Part shown: positions 19,317 to 27,916 of the stretch, piece by piece
Numbering within the stretch: position 1 is the stretch's first letter
How the letters are laid out: every line of letters begins with the position of its first letter
Assembly: GCA_964354805.1 (NCBI GenBank)
Contig: CAYHBD010000030.1
Location: 1-64,000 of the forward strand
Length of the DNA: 64,000 nt
Direction: 5' to 3'
DNA from: an uncultured archaeon
Lineage (GTDB): Archaea; Iainarchaeota; Iainarchaeia; Iainarchaeales; GCA-2688035
Position numbers and translations under genes: made by a program
Notes under the pieces: model-generated
Seen by the model: the letters and a program-made list of their open reading frames with translations, nothing else
Databases searched by the model: none
What the model was told of the DNA's origin: nothing

Positions 19317-19547
19317 GCCCTTCTTTTTCTTTCTTTTTTTTCATTTTTGCTGTTATTGGCTTATCCAAGCTTGTAAGCCAATTAAATTTTCCTGCAATTT
19401 CTTAACTTTGAATACAAAACAATTAGTTTCAATTTACATTCAAAAAAATCGCATTAATAATTTCAATTTTTCAATTAAATGCCATTTAAGCGAAAACCCG
19501 CCTATCCAAAAAAATTAAATATAGCTTTTACCACAATTATTCTTATT

Positions 19548-19721
19548 ATGTTGGCAGTTGTTAAACGGGCGCTCGGCGAGAGGAGGGCTCAGAGTGAGTG
19601 GAGCAGCGTTTACATGCTGATTGTTTTAATTATCGCTGCCCTTCTTTTGATTGCGGTAATAAAGCCGATGTTCAAGCAAAGCCAGAGCATTGTGCAGAAA
19701 ACACAGCCGAAAGCAAGTTAA
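19548..19721 (+). CDS. Small pilin-like protein with class III signal peptide
   Basis: ERRA|QSEWSSVYMLIVLIIAALLL. Confidence 0.65.
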   Translation: MLAVVKRALGERRAQSEWSSVYMLIVLIIAALLLIAVIKPMFKQSQSIVQKTQPKAS

Positions 19722-19838
19722 AGAGCCCGAGGAAAAGGAATCCTTGGGAAAAAAAATTAAAAGGTGCAACTAAAATGCCGAACACAACACTGGCAAAGAG
19801 TGCCCAGGACCCAAAATGAATAATAAAGGTGCAAAGAA

Positions 19839-20660
19839 ATGCTGAACAGAAAAGGCCTTGCGAAGCAATTTTCCCAAAGCTTTTTTTCCGAAGGAAAAAA
19901 AGGCTTAGCAAAGCAATTTTTCCCAGGGGTTTTTTGCACGCGAAGCAATTTTCCCATCTTGCAAAACCCAAGGTTTTGCGAGACCTCGCAAAAGCGAAGC
20001 TTTTGCAAGGAGGCTTTTTTTGCAACGGCAAAAAAAGGCTTAAGCGAAAAAGGCCGAGCTGAAAGCCGTTTTCCCTGGGATTTTTTTGCAACAGCAAAAA
20101 AAGGCCAGGAGAGCGCGCCATTTGAGCTGCTGGTTGCTGTAATAATAATGGGCTTTGTCATATTCATTGGAACAAGTGTAATGCAGCAGGTAAATTGCGA
20201 GAAATGCAAGGGCGAAACCAATGCAAAGCTGGATCGAATGGCAACCGCGTTACAGAATGCTGACGAATCAGGCAGTATTCAACCAAACGTAAGTTTTTTT
20301 TTAAGCGGCTGCTTCAACCAACAGGAAGAAAAAATCTGGATTGAGGACGAAGACGATCCCCAAGTGTGTGCTGCCTATCATTGCGGTGAGAAGCAGTTAT
20401 GCACTTTGCTGAAATACTATGGTAATGGCTGCGGCGGGTTCAGCATCATAAAGTGCCTGGATATCACCCCTGACGCCGATTTTCCTTCCATATCAGGGGG
20501 CAGGTGCGAAGAAAGAGATGGAATGCAATTAGTGGATTTCGAGAAAAGGGAGGAGCCGATAGCAACAGGGGGCAACAAGCAGGGCAACTATTTGCTGTGG
20601 AACAAGACAGGGCAGGGCGACACTTTTTCAACAATCTGCGCTTACAGGAAAGAGGGTTGA
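19839..20660 (+). CDS. Pilin-like protein; signal peptide expanded by an 83-codon repeat insertion
   Basis: MLNRKG-[insert ending KKG]-QESAPFELLVAVII; Cys-rich domain. Confidence 0.8.
   Translation: MLNRKGLAKQFSQSFFSEGKKGLAKQFFPGVFCTRSNFPILQNPRFCETSQKRSFCKEAFFATAKKGLSEKGRAESRFPWDFFATAKKGQESAPFELLVAVIIMGFVIFIGTSVMQQVNCEKCKGETNAKLDRMATALQNADESGSIQPNVSFFLSGCFNQQEEKIWIEDEDDPQVCAAYHCGEKQLCTLLKYYGNGCGGFSIIKCLDITPDADFPSISGGRCEERDGMQLVDFEKREEPIATGGNKQGNYLLWNKTGQGDTFSTICAYRKEG
19857..20105 (+). repeat. Composite array of palindromic repeat units (249 nt, in frame)
   Basis: Several GCGAAGCAATTTTCCC and T-run/loop/A-run-GGC hairpins; AAAAGGCC at both junctions. Confidence 0.88.
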
Positions 20661-20667
20661 TTCAACC

Positions 20668-21330
20668 ATGCTTGGATTCACTTTAAGCAAACTGAATCTG
20701 CTGATTTTGGTGACAGCCTTGTTTGGGATAATTGCATTCTTTTTATTTACGCTAACAGACATGATGGTTGCCAGGTCGGCACAGCAAATGGTCAATGACC
20801 TTGTTGAAAGAACCAGCGGCATTATGACACCGAGCGTTGACTGCTTTGAGGAAACGGTTACAATACCAGAGGAAATAACCTACTTCAGCGGAAAACGCTT
20901 CTATTACGTAATGAAGATATCAAGGGAGCCGGCTGAATACAACTCGGAATATCTAAGCAAATTGATTTTCAAGGTTGCGGCAAGAAAAGAGCAAACCAAA
21001 TTCATTGCAACAAATAGCTATGACATGAATGCAGAAATCATGCTTTACCAATGGCCTGTTGCAGAAATTAGAACTAACCTAAAAGAGCAAAGCAGCATTA
21101 TACTTGATCCAATGAACGAAACTACTGCAAGCAATTCAGTTAAGTTAATAAAAGAGGTTTATAATAGAAAAAATTTCCTGCACGTAATTGCCTGCAATAC
21201 CGACCAAGGGCAGTGTGAAATGAATGAGGGTTATGCAGGCTGCTGCGTAAAAAAATGGAGGGGCGTTGAATCAAGCTGCCTGCCGCCTGCAGAGAATTGC
21301 GAAAACTTGAGCTGCGATACAAGGGGGTAA
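20668..21330 (+). CDS. Pilin-cluster membrane-anchored protein
   Basis: MLG-FTLSKLNLLILV N-terminal hydrophobic helix; Cys-rich tail. Confidence 0.7.
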   Translation: MLGFTLSKLNLLILVTALFGIIAFFLFTLTDMMVARSAQQMVNDLVERTSGIMTPSVDCFEETVTIPEEITYFSGKRFYYVMKISREPAEYNSEYLSKLIFKVAARKEQTKFIATNSYDMNAEIMLYQWPVAEIRTNLKEQSSIILDPMNETTASNSVKLIKEVYNRKNFLHVIACNTDQGQCEMNEGYAGCCVKKWRGVESSCLPPAENCENLSCDTRG

Positions 21331-21335
21331 AAAAA

Positions 21336-21836
21336 ATGAAAAACGGGGGTTTTTTGGGTCCAATTGGGGATGATTTGCCGAGCCTGATTCCGCTGCTTTT
21401 TGCTTTAATGCTTTTTTTTTATGCTTTTACATCTGCTTGGAATAATTTTGACAGGAGGAATGAGGATTTTGCCGATGACCTGGCAGTGCTCAGGGCAAGC
21501 AATGCATTGAGGGGAAACAATTATATTGCGGGAATTGAAAAATTCAATGAAAACTGCGAGACAGCGAAAGGAACCCAGAGAATGCACTTTTTGGCCGGAT
21601 TGCTGCCCTTGCCTACAGGGAAAGATGAGCAATTTGTTGGAATTGATACTGAAAAAATAGTCAGCGGCGATCAAAGCTTTTTTGAAGACTTTCAATGCAG
21701 CAGCACTGAGGAAATACCCGTGCTGGAAAGCGAAAAAAGCGTTGTTAGGTTCTTTCCTGTTGCCTTGGAAACAAAAGAGGAAAACGACAAGTTTTATGTA
21801 AAGCCGATGTTGCTGGTGGTCATTGCATGGAAATAA
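21336..21836 (+). CDS. Pilin-like protein
   Basis: MKNGG-FLGPIGDDLPSLIPLLF hydrophobic helix; ends ...VIAWK. Confidence 0.7.
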   Translation: MKNGGFLGPIGDDLPSLIPLLFALMLFFYAFTSAWNNFDRRNEDFADDLAVLRASNALRGNNYIAGIEKFNENCETAKGTQRMHFLAGLLPLPTGKDEQFVGIDTEKIVSGDQSFFEDFQCSSTEEIPVLESEKSVVRFFPVALETKEENDKFYVKPMLLVVIAWK

Positions 21837-22648
21837 AGCTTGGCGAAAAAGGTCCTGTTTTGCGAAGCCTATTTTCCCCAGGCTTTTGCAACAGCAAAAG
21901 GCTGTTGCGAAGCAAAACCCATTTCCCTGGGATTTTTTGCACGCGAAGCAATTTTCCCAAGGCTTTTTCACGAAGTGAAAAAGGCTTAAGCGAAAAAGGC
22001 CAGTCCAGTTTGACTGATTCCATGTTTTTCCTGGTAATAGCCAGCATTTTGAGCACTTGGCTTTTCTATTCAAGCGCAACCTACGGCCTGACAATAGACC
22101 AGCAAATTTCAAGGCAGGGCAGGGAGGAATACACCAAGTCTGCGCTTGAAACAATTTTGTACAGCAGCGCGCCGAGGCAGGCAGGCCTTTCTTTGGAAGA
22201 AGCATCAGAGATTGACTACCTGCTTGCGGCAATAAAAGAGGACTACGCTGATGACACTGAACTGGATGAAACAAAAGCAATTCTTTTCCAGAACATAAAT
22301 GCCGTAATGCAGCCGCTTGCAACAAACAGCAACTACCTTTTCTACATATATATTGCTCAAAAAAATAAATTTGTTGTCACTTTTTTGTACGCAAGCGAAG
22401 CAAAAAACGATGACGGCTGGAGCTTAACCGGCAACAAAATTGTTTTTTCCTGCGTGCCGCCAAGCAAGCAGGCAGTGGAAGAATTCCTGCTTACGGTTGG
22501 CAGGATGTCTGTCAGCAACAGCAGAATTCAGCTGCTTGAATCAAAAGAGCCGGCTCCTGACAGATACGATGCCCTAATCACTTTAATCACTTGGATTCCA
22601 ACGCCAGTTGATGAAAGCGACCTAAACTGCACTAAATTCACTGGCTGA
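21827..22648 (+). CDS. Pilin-like protein; signal peptide expanded by a 49-codon repeat insertion
   Basis: MEIKLGEKG-[insert ending EKG]-QSSLTDSMFFLVI. Confidence 0.8.
   Translation: MEIKLGEKGPVLRSLFSPGFCNSKRLLRSKTHFPGIFCTRSNFPKAFSRSEKGLSEKGQSSLTDSMFFLVIASILSTWLFYSSATYGLTIDQQISRQGREEYTKSALETILYSSAPRQAGLSLEEASEIDYLLAAIKEDYADDTELDETKAILFQNINAVMQPLATNSNYLFYIYIAQKNKFVVTFLYASEAKNDDGWSLTGNKIVFSCVPPSKQAVEEFLLTVGRMSVSNSRIQLLESKEPAPDRYDALITLITWIPTPVDESDLNCTKFTG
21854..22000 (+). repeat. Composite array of palindromic repeat units (147 nt, in frame)
   Basis: Three GCGAAGC motifs and two GGCTTTT...AAAAGGC hairpins; GCGAAAAAGG at both junctions. Confidence 0.88.
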
Positions 22649-23345
22649 ATTTTTTCCCGCAATCAGGACAGACTACTGTTTCAATGCTGCCAATCCTTTC
22701 AACCTTCTTCGCGCAAGAATAACAAAAAGCTGTTCCGCACTCAGGGCAGAAAACCACTTTGCTTGCAGGCTTTGCGCATTTCGGGCACTGCTGTTCCGCT
22801 TCACCAAGATCGCCCAAACTGAATTCTTCACCTTCTTCCTTCTGCACTACACTCTGCGCTCCCTTCTTTTCCTCTGCAAAAATATCCTCAACACTCAAAG
22901 AAGCGAGTTCTTTAGCTTTATCACCCTGCGATTGCCCGGCAATTTGCTTATCCGCTTCTTCAAATTCAGACCATTCCTTTTCATCGCCCTCCGCTGTCTC
23001 CTTTTTCCCTTCCACGGATTCCCTGCCTCTTCTCCTTTCAATCTGTTTGCTGGCCTGCTCCCTTACATCTTTGTCCTTTAATTGCTGGAAAATGTTTTCT
23101 GCAATCTGGTCGTACTCGGCTTTTTCAGGGTATCTTTTGTGCTCTTCCCTGAATTTCCTCACTTCCTGCAAAGTCAAATGCATTGTCACATCCTTATCAG
23201 CCGCCTGTTTAGGCTGATCTTTTGGCATCTGTTCAAACAAATAGTCGGCAACGCCGCCAACTTCCTTTTCGGCTGCCAAACCACCCTTTTGTTCAGCACC
23301 CTGCCTGTAAAAGCGCTTCATCCTTCTCGGAATTTCCTCAGCCAT
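22638..23345 (-). CDS. Hypothetical charged protein with C-terminal multi-CxxC zinc ribbons
   Basis: CPKC, CPECG...CYSC, CPDCG. Confidence 0.75.
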   Translation of the reverse strand: MAEEIPRRMKRFYRQGAEQKGGLAAEKEVGGVADYLFEQMPKDQPKQAADKDVTMHLTLQEVRKFREEHKRYPEKAEYDQIAENIFQQLKDKDVREQASKQIERRRGRESVEGKKETAEGDEKEWSEFEEADKQIAGQSQGDKAKELASLSVEDIFAEEKKGAQSVVQKEEGEEFSLGDLGEAEQQCPKCAKPASKVVFCPECGTAFCYSCAKKVERIGSIETVVCPDCGKKFSQ

Positions 23346-23409
23346 AAAAAAACAACCTGCTTTGCTAAAATTCTTTTCCAACCCAAAAAATGCTTCTTTT
23401 TTTCCCGAT

Positions 23410-24897
23410 TTAAAATTTTTCCTTTCCCGCCTCAAGTTTCCATAACAGTAATGGCAATTCCCCTATTTTAACCCTCTTCTGTTGCATTGAATCGCGCTCC
23501 CTGAGCGTAACAGCATCATCTTTCATTGAATCATAATCAACCGTAACAGCGAACGGAACGCCAACCTCGTCAACCCTTGCATACCTTTTTCCAATGCTTC
23601 CTTTCTCATCAAAGAAAACATCCAAGCTGAAAGAATTCAGTTCATTAAAAATTTGCTTTGCTTTCGCATCCAATCCATCTTTGCTCACCAATGGAAAAAC
23701 AGCGCAAAGATGAGGCGCAATGGCAGGGGGCAGCCTAAGGTAAATCCTTTCTTCAGGGCCTCTTTTCTCTTTCCTGAAAGCATTGTCCAAAACAACGTAA
23801 AAAGCCCTGTCAATTCCAGCCGACAGCTCAAAAACATGCGGGATGAATTCTTTGCCGTCCTCTTTTACCGCCAGTTTCTGCTTGCTCTGCTTTTGGTGCC
23901 CTGCCAAATCAAAATCAGTCCTGTAATTGCATGCAACCAGCTCAATCCAGCCCAAGTCTGTTTCCACTTCAAAATCCCATGTTTCCCTTGCATAAAAGGC
24001 CCTTTCATCCTTGCCAAGCTGCCTGAAACGCATTTTTCCAACAGCAATCCCAAAAGCCTCGTACAACTGCTGCAGCCTGGTCAAATAGTACGCAACCAGC
24101 TTGCCTGAAACAATTTTTTTTCCAACAGCATCCTTGCAGGAAACAGCATTAACCTTTTCCTTTCCAAACAAAAGCAAATTCAATTTATAGTTCTCCACTT
24201 CCTTAAAATTTTCCACTTCATTTATCTTTTCAGGGTTAAAGAACACTTCAATCTCCATTTGCCCTATTTCCCTCTCCCTGAGCAAAGTGTTTCTCGGGGC
24301 AATCTCGTTCCGAAAGCTGGCGCCTGCCTGCGCAATCGCCAAGGGCAGAGTCTGCCTAGCTGTTTTGTACAGCCTTTGGAAATCGCAAAAAATGCTCTGG
24401 CAGGTTTCAGGCCTAAGGTAAGCAGCCTGCTTTCCTGTTGCGCCTATGTCCACTTTCATCATCATGTTGAATTTTTTCACTTCACTAAAATCCTTGCCCC
24501 CGCACTTCGGGCACTTTACAGCGTGCTTTTCAATCAGCTTGTCCAGTTCGCTTGTTGCAAGGCTTTCCGGAACAATTCCCTCAACTTTTTCCGCAATCAG
24601 CTTGTCAGCCCTGTGCAGTGAATTGCATTTCCTGCACTGCACAATTGGATCGTTAAAGTTTTCAATGTGCCCGCTTGCTTTGAACACTTCTTCAGGCAGA
24701 ATCTGCGAACCGAATATTTCAACCATTCCTTCCTTTTCAACCAGCTGCTTTCTCCACAAATCAATAATTTTTCTCCTGATTGTTTCCCCTTCCAAAGCGA
24801 AATCAAAAAAGCCTGAGGCAGCGCTGCTGTATATTTCGGCAGCCGGGAAAAACAAGCCCCTCCGCAGAGCCAGATTAACCAATTCATCCTTTGGCAT
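23410..24897 (-). CDS. glyS: Glycyl-tRNA synthetase (alpha2 type)
   Basis: ASGH...F.D, YLRPETCQ, FRNEIAPR, IGKRYARVDEVG. Confidence 0.96.
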   Translation of the reverse strand: MPKDELVNLALRRGLFFPAAEIYSSAASGFFDFALEGETIRRKIIDLWRKQLVEKEGMVEIFGSQILPEEVFKASGHIENFNDPIVQCRKCNSLHRADKLIAEKVEGIVPESLATSELDKLIEKHAVKCPKCGGKDFSEVKKFNMMMKVDIGATGKQAAYLRPETCQSIFCDFQRLYKTARQTLPLAIAQAGASFRNEIAPRNTLLREREIGQMEIEVFFNPEKINEVENFKEVENYKLNLLLFGKEKVNAVSCKDAVGKKIVSGKLVAYYLTRLQQLYEAFGIAVGKMRFRQLGKDERAFYARETWDFEVETDLGWIELVACNYRTDFDLAGHQKQSKQKLAVKEDGKEFIPHVFELSAGIDRAFYVVLDNAFRKEKRGPEERIYLRLPPAIAPHLCAVFPLVSKDGLDAKAKQIFNELNSFSLDVFFDEKGSIGKRYARVDEVGVPFAVTVDYDSMKDDAVTLRERDSMQQKRVKIGELPLLLWKLEAGKEKF

Positions 24898-25001
24898 AAT
24901 TAACTAAAATAATGGATTAAGTGTTTTAATAAATTGCTGTTTTTGCCATTAAGGCTGATTTTCGCAATTTCCGCTTCTTGATTAATCTTTTAAATTATTG
25001 A

Positions 25002-25826
25002 TTGTCTAATGTTATAACTATGCAGGACAGATTGCAGCAATTGAGGCAAAAGCTTATTCAAAAAGCCAAAAAGCAGGTTCAAATCAAGTATGCTGAAAGC
25101 GATGTGCACATAATCAGGGCAGTAAGCGCTTTGCAGGATTTGGATGCTTCTTTCAACCTGCTTGCGGAGAACTGCATTGAGTGGTACGGCGCACATTTCC
25201 CAGAATTGCAGCAGCAGCTGCGCAACAACGAATTGTGCCTGCAGCTGATTTGCTCACTCGGAGAGAGAAAAAATTTCAGCGAAAAAAAGCTTGTGGAAAT
25301 AGTCAAGGAAAAGGAAAAGGTCAACGGCATTATGGCTGCCGCGGGAAAAAGCATGGGCAGCGATGTAAAACCTGATGTTTTGAGCGCATTGAAAGAGCTT
25401 GCAGAAAACTCATTGAACCTGAAAAAAGAAAGGGTGGCATTGGAGAAAATGATTGAAAAAGAAATGAGCGCATATGCCCCGAACACTGCCCTGCTTGCTG
25501 GGCCTGTTCTTGCTGCAAGGCTGCTTGCGGCAGCAGGCGGACTGCGGCAGCTTGCATTAATGCCTGCAAGCACGATTCAACTGCTTGGGGCGGAGAAGGC
25601 ATTGTTCCTGCATTTGAGGAACCCGAAAATCAAGGGCCCGAAGTACGGTTTCCTGTACCAGCACGCTCTGGTGAGGAGTGTACAGCCAAAGCACAAGGGA
25701 AAGGTTGCGAGAAGCGTTGCAGCAAAGCTTGCGATTTCAGCAAAAGTTGATTTTTTTGGCTCAAAGGAAAAAATCGCCGAAAAAATGCTGCTTGAACTGA
25801 AAGAGAAAATAAAAAAATTGCATTAG
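25002..25826 (+). CDS. nop5: C/D box RNP protein Nop5 (short form)
   Basis: EWYGAHFPEL, PASTIQLLGAEKALF, PKYG. Confidence 0.93.
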   Translation: MSNVITMQDRLQQLRQKLIQKAKKQVQIKYAESDVHIIRAVSALQDLDASFNLLAENCIEWYGAHFPELQQQLRNNELCLQLICSLGERKNFSEKKLVEIVKEKEKVNGIMAAAGKSMGSDVKPDVLSALKELAENSLNLKKERVALEKMIEKEMSAYAPNTALLAGPVLAARLLAAAGGLRQLALMPASTIQLLGAEKALFLHLRNPKIKGPKYGFLYQHALVRSVQPKHKGKVARSVAAKLAISAKVDFFGSKEKIAEKMLLELKEKIKKLH

Positions 25827-25833
25827 GTGGATC

Positions 25834-26499
25834 TTGTTGCAGGAATTGTTTCCGGGTGTTTTCAGTGACGCAACAAGATTGTTTACTGCAAACGCAGTGC
25901 CAGGCACCAGGGTTTACGGCGAGCGTTTGGTGAAAGAAAGTGGGGTTGAATTCAGGCAGTGGGATGCTTTCAGGAGCAAGCTTGCTGCTGCAATAAAAAA
26001 CGGATTGAGTGAAATGCCGGTAAAGCCAGACAGCAATGTCCTTTACCTTGGCGCTGCTGAGGGAACAACAGTAAGCCATGTTGCTGACATTATTGGGGAG
26101 AAAGGCATTGCCTTTGGAGTTGATGTAAGCGAAAGGGTAATGAGAAAGTTCATTTTGATTTGCGAGCAGCGCAAGAACATTGTCCCGATTTTGGCTGATG
26201 CCGGCAATCCAAAAACATATGAGGAATACATTGAAGGAAAAAAAATCGATGTATTGTACCAGGATGTGAGCCAGAAAAACCAGGCTGAGATTTTCCTGAA
26301 AAACAGCGGGTGCTTTCTGCGCAAGGGAGCGCATGGCCTGCTTGCAATAAAGGCAAAAAGCATCAGCCAGCAAAAGCCTGTGAACGAAGTGTTTGAAAAT
26401 GAAATAAGCAAATTAAAAGAGCAATTCAATATAAAGCAGGTAATCAACCTCAAGCCATTTGAAAAAGACCATGTGATGGTGCTATGCGAAAAGAAATAA
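25834..26499 (+). CDS. flpA: Fibrillarin rRNA 2'-O-methyltransferase
   Basis: VYGE, RSKLAAAI, VLYLGAAEGTTVSHV, QDVSQ. Confidence 0.95.
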   Translation: MLQELFPGVFSDATRLFTANAVPGTRVYGERLVKESGVEFRQWDAFRSKLAAAIKNGLSEMPVKPDSNVLYLGAAEGTTVSHVADIIGEKGIAFGVDVSERVMRKFILICEQRKNIVPILADAGNPKTYEEYIEGKKIDVLYQDVSQKNQAEIFLKNSGCFLRKGAHGLLAIKAKSISQQKPVNEVFENEISKLKEQFNIKQVINLKPFEKDHVMVLCEKK

Positions 26500-27044
26500 G
26501 GCGGCAGTTCATTCACTTCTTCTTCGGCTCAATCTTCATTATATTGATTTTAATATTCGGGGTGCAGCAAACACTGCTTTTTTTGAGCGCCGTTTTCCTA
26601 ATAGGGCTGCTTTTCTCTTTCCTTCTCAAAAAAGGAATAAATGTCCCGTTGATCTGGCACGTTGTTAAAAAGGTTGAAAGGGACTACGAACAGCACCTGC
26701 CTGGCAAGGGAGCACTGCTGCTTGTTTTAAGCGCAATAATTGTAATGGCGTTATTCTTGCAAAACGAAAAAATTGTGCTTGGCGCACTGTGCGCTGTTGT
26801 TTACGGGGACAGCACCTCAACAGTGATTGGCATTGCAATAGGAAAGCACAAAATCCTTGGAAAAAGAACCTGGGAGGGAACGCTTGGCGGAATGCTGTTT
26901 GCATTCATCTTCCTGCAGCTGCTTTTCCCACTGCACATTGCCCTCATTACAGCAGCCGTTGGAATGGCAGCAGAGCTGCTGCCGTTTGACGACAACTTCA
27001 CAATTCCCATTGCGGCTGGTGTGGTGCTGGCGATTTTAATTTGA
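26484..27044 (+). CDS. Dolichol/phytol kinase-like membrane protein
   Basis: RRQFIH, GDSTSTVIG, KRTWEG, DDNFTIP. Confidence 0.85.
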   Translation: MRKEIRRQFIHFFFGSIFIILILIFGVQQTLLFLSAVFLIGLLFSFLLKKGINVPLIWHVVKKVERDYEQHLPGKGALLLVLSAIIVMALFLQNEKIVLGALCAVVYGDSTSTVIGIAIGKHKILGKRTWEGTLGGMLFAFIFLQLLFPLHIALITAAVGMAAELLPFDDNFTIPIAAGVVLAILI

Positions 27045-27106
27045 TGCTTCCTATAGCCCTGCAGCAATTTATTATAAATTTTCCCTCACCCCATATTATT
27101 ATCCAT

Positions 27107-27279
27107 GGACCCATAGCCTAGTGGATAGGGCAACTAAAGAGGTGAGTTTTTCAATTCTCTCTTTTGCAAGCCTCCTAAAGCCTTTTCTTTAGAAAAGAAA
27201 AGGCTTGCGAAAAGAAATTTTTCGCTCTGCAAAAAACGGGGCTAGCAGTAGGTCGTGGGTTCGATTCCCACTGGGTCCG
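27107..27279 (+). tRNA. tRNA-Arg(CCT) with two introns: 34 nt at 29/30 (27136-27169) and 66 nt at 37/38 (27178-27243)
   Basis: Removing both restores the ACTGC/GCAGT stem and a 73-nt cloverleaf; strict BHB (GCAA/TTGC, CTA/AAG) for intron 1; CTCC/GGGG helix with TAA/CTA for intron 2. Confidence 0.9.
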
Positions 27280-27280
27280 T

Positions 27281-27802
27281 ATGGCTTGGTTAAAGCGTTT
27301 GAAGCACAAAGCCAAGAAAGCAGTTGTTGTGCTCAGGTCAAGGCCTCTGCTGAGAGACCCAACAGCTTTAGGAGTTCCAAGGGTTATTTGGAAAACGAAA
27401 TCGCATGGGAGAAGAATCATTTGGAAAAGCCCAGCAGAGCCAAGGGAAATTGAGGCAAGAAAGATTCTGCCAAAAATTGTGCCAAAAGAATGTGACACTT
27501 TTTATTTCAGGCTATCAAAGAGATACCCTTACAAAATTGGCGCAAAGCGCTGGGAGCAGTACTATGATTTGCCTTCAATGGAAGATGTTTTCCACGGTAG
27601 AATGCACAGGCGAATGAGAAAACTTCTGCGGGAAAAGAGAATATCTTTCGAAAAACTGCTGAACATGTGCACTGAAGCGGAAGAGGAATTGCACAAAATC
27701 CTAAGGGAACACAAAGATGAATTGAATCTTGACCTTGGTCCAGACCAATTAATGGTTGGCGTAAGAAACGGCAAATTGGACCTAATTTTGGTTGATGTAT
27801 AA
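27281..27802 (+). CDS. Hypothetical basic protein with kinase-like C-terminal motif
   Basis: 173-aa ORF starting 2 nt after the tRNA; LDLGPDQLMV...LILVDV. Confidence 0.6.
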   Translation: MAWLKRLKHKAKKAVVVLRSRPLLRDPTALGVPRVIWKTKSHGRRIIWKSPAEPREIEARKILPKIVPKECDTFYFRLSKRYPYKIGAKRWEQYYDLPSMEDVFHGRMHRRMRKLLREKRISFEKLLNMCTEAEEELHKILREHKDELNLDLGPDQLMVGVRNGKLDLILVDV

Positions 27803-27916
27803 CCCTGTTCGTCAAAACCCCAAATTTTTTCACAGGTTAATGGCAATTGACGAAACCCTTTAAAAGCTGTTTTGGTTAATTTACTTTTAAGTGGGTTAAT
27901 TTTTTGGGTGTTTTGA

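Noticed and set aside
19857-20105. Repeat arrays as a CRISPR array
   Set aside because: Units vary in length and sequence, there are no unique regular spacers, and no cas genes are in the window
19857-22000. Repeat inserts as BHB-spliced mRNA introns
   Set aside because: Both junctions are purine-rich direct repeats that cannot pair into a bulge-helix-bulge, and the inserts keep the frame, so splicing is not needed
27279-27900. Integrated element at the tRNA-Arg 3' end
   Set aside because: No integrase and no duplicated tRNA 3' end were found in the window
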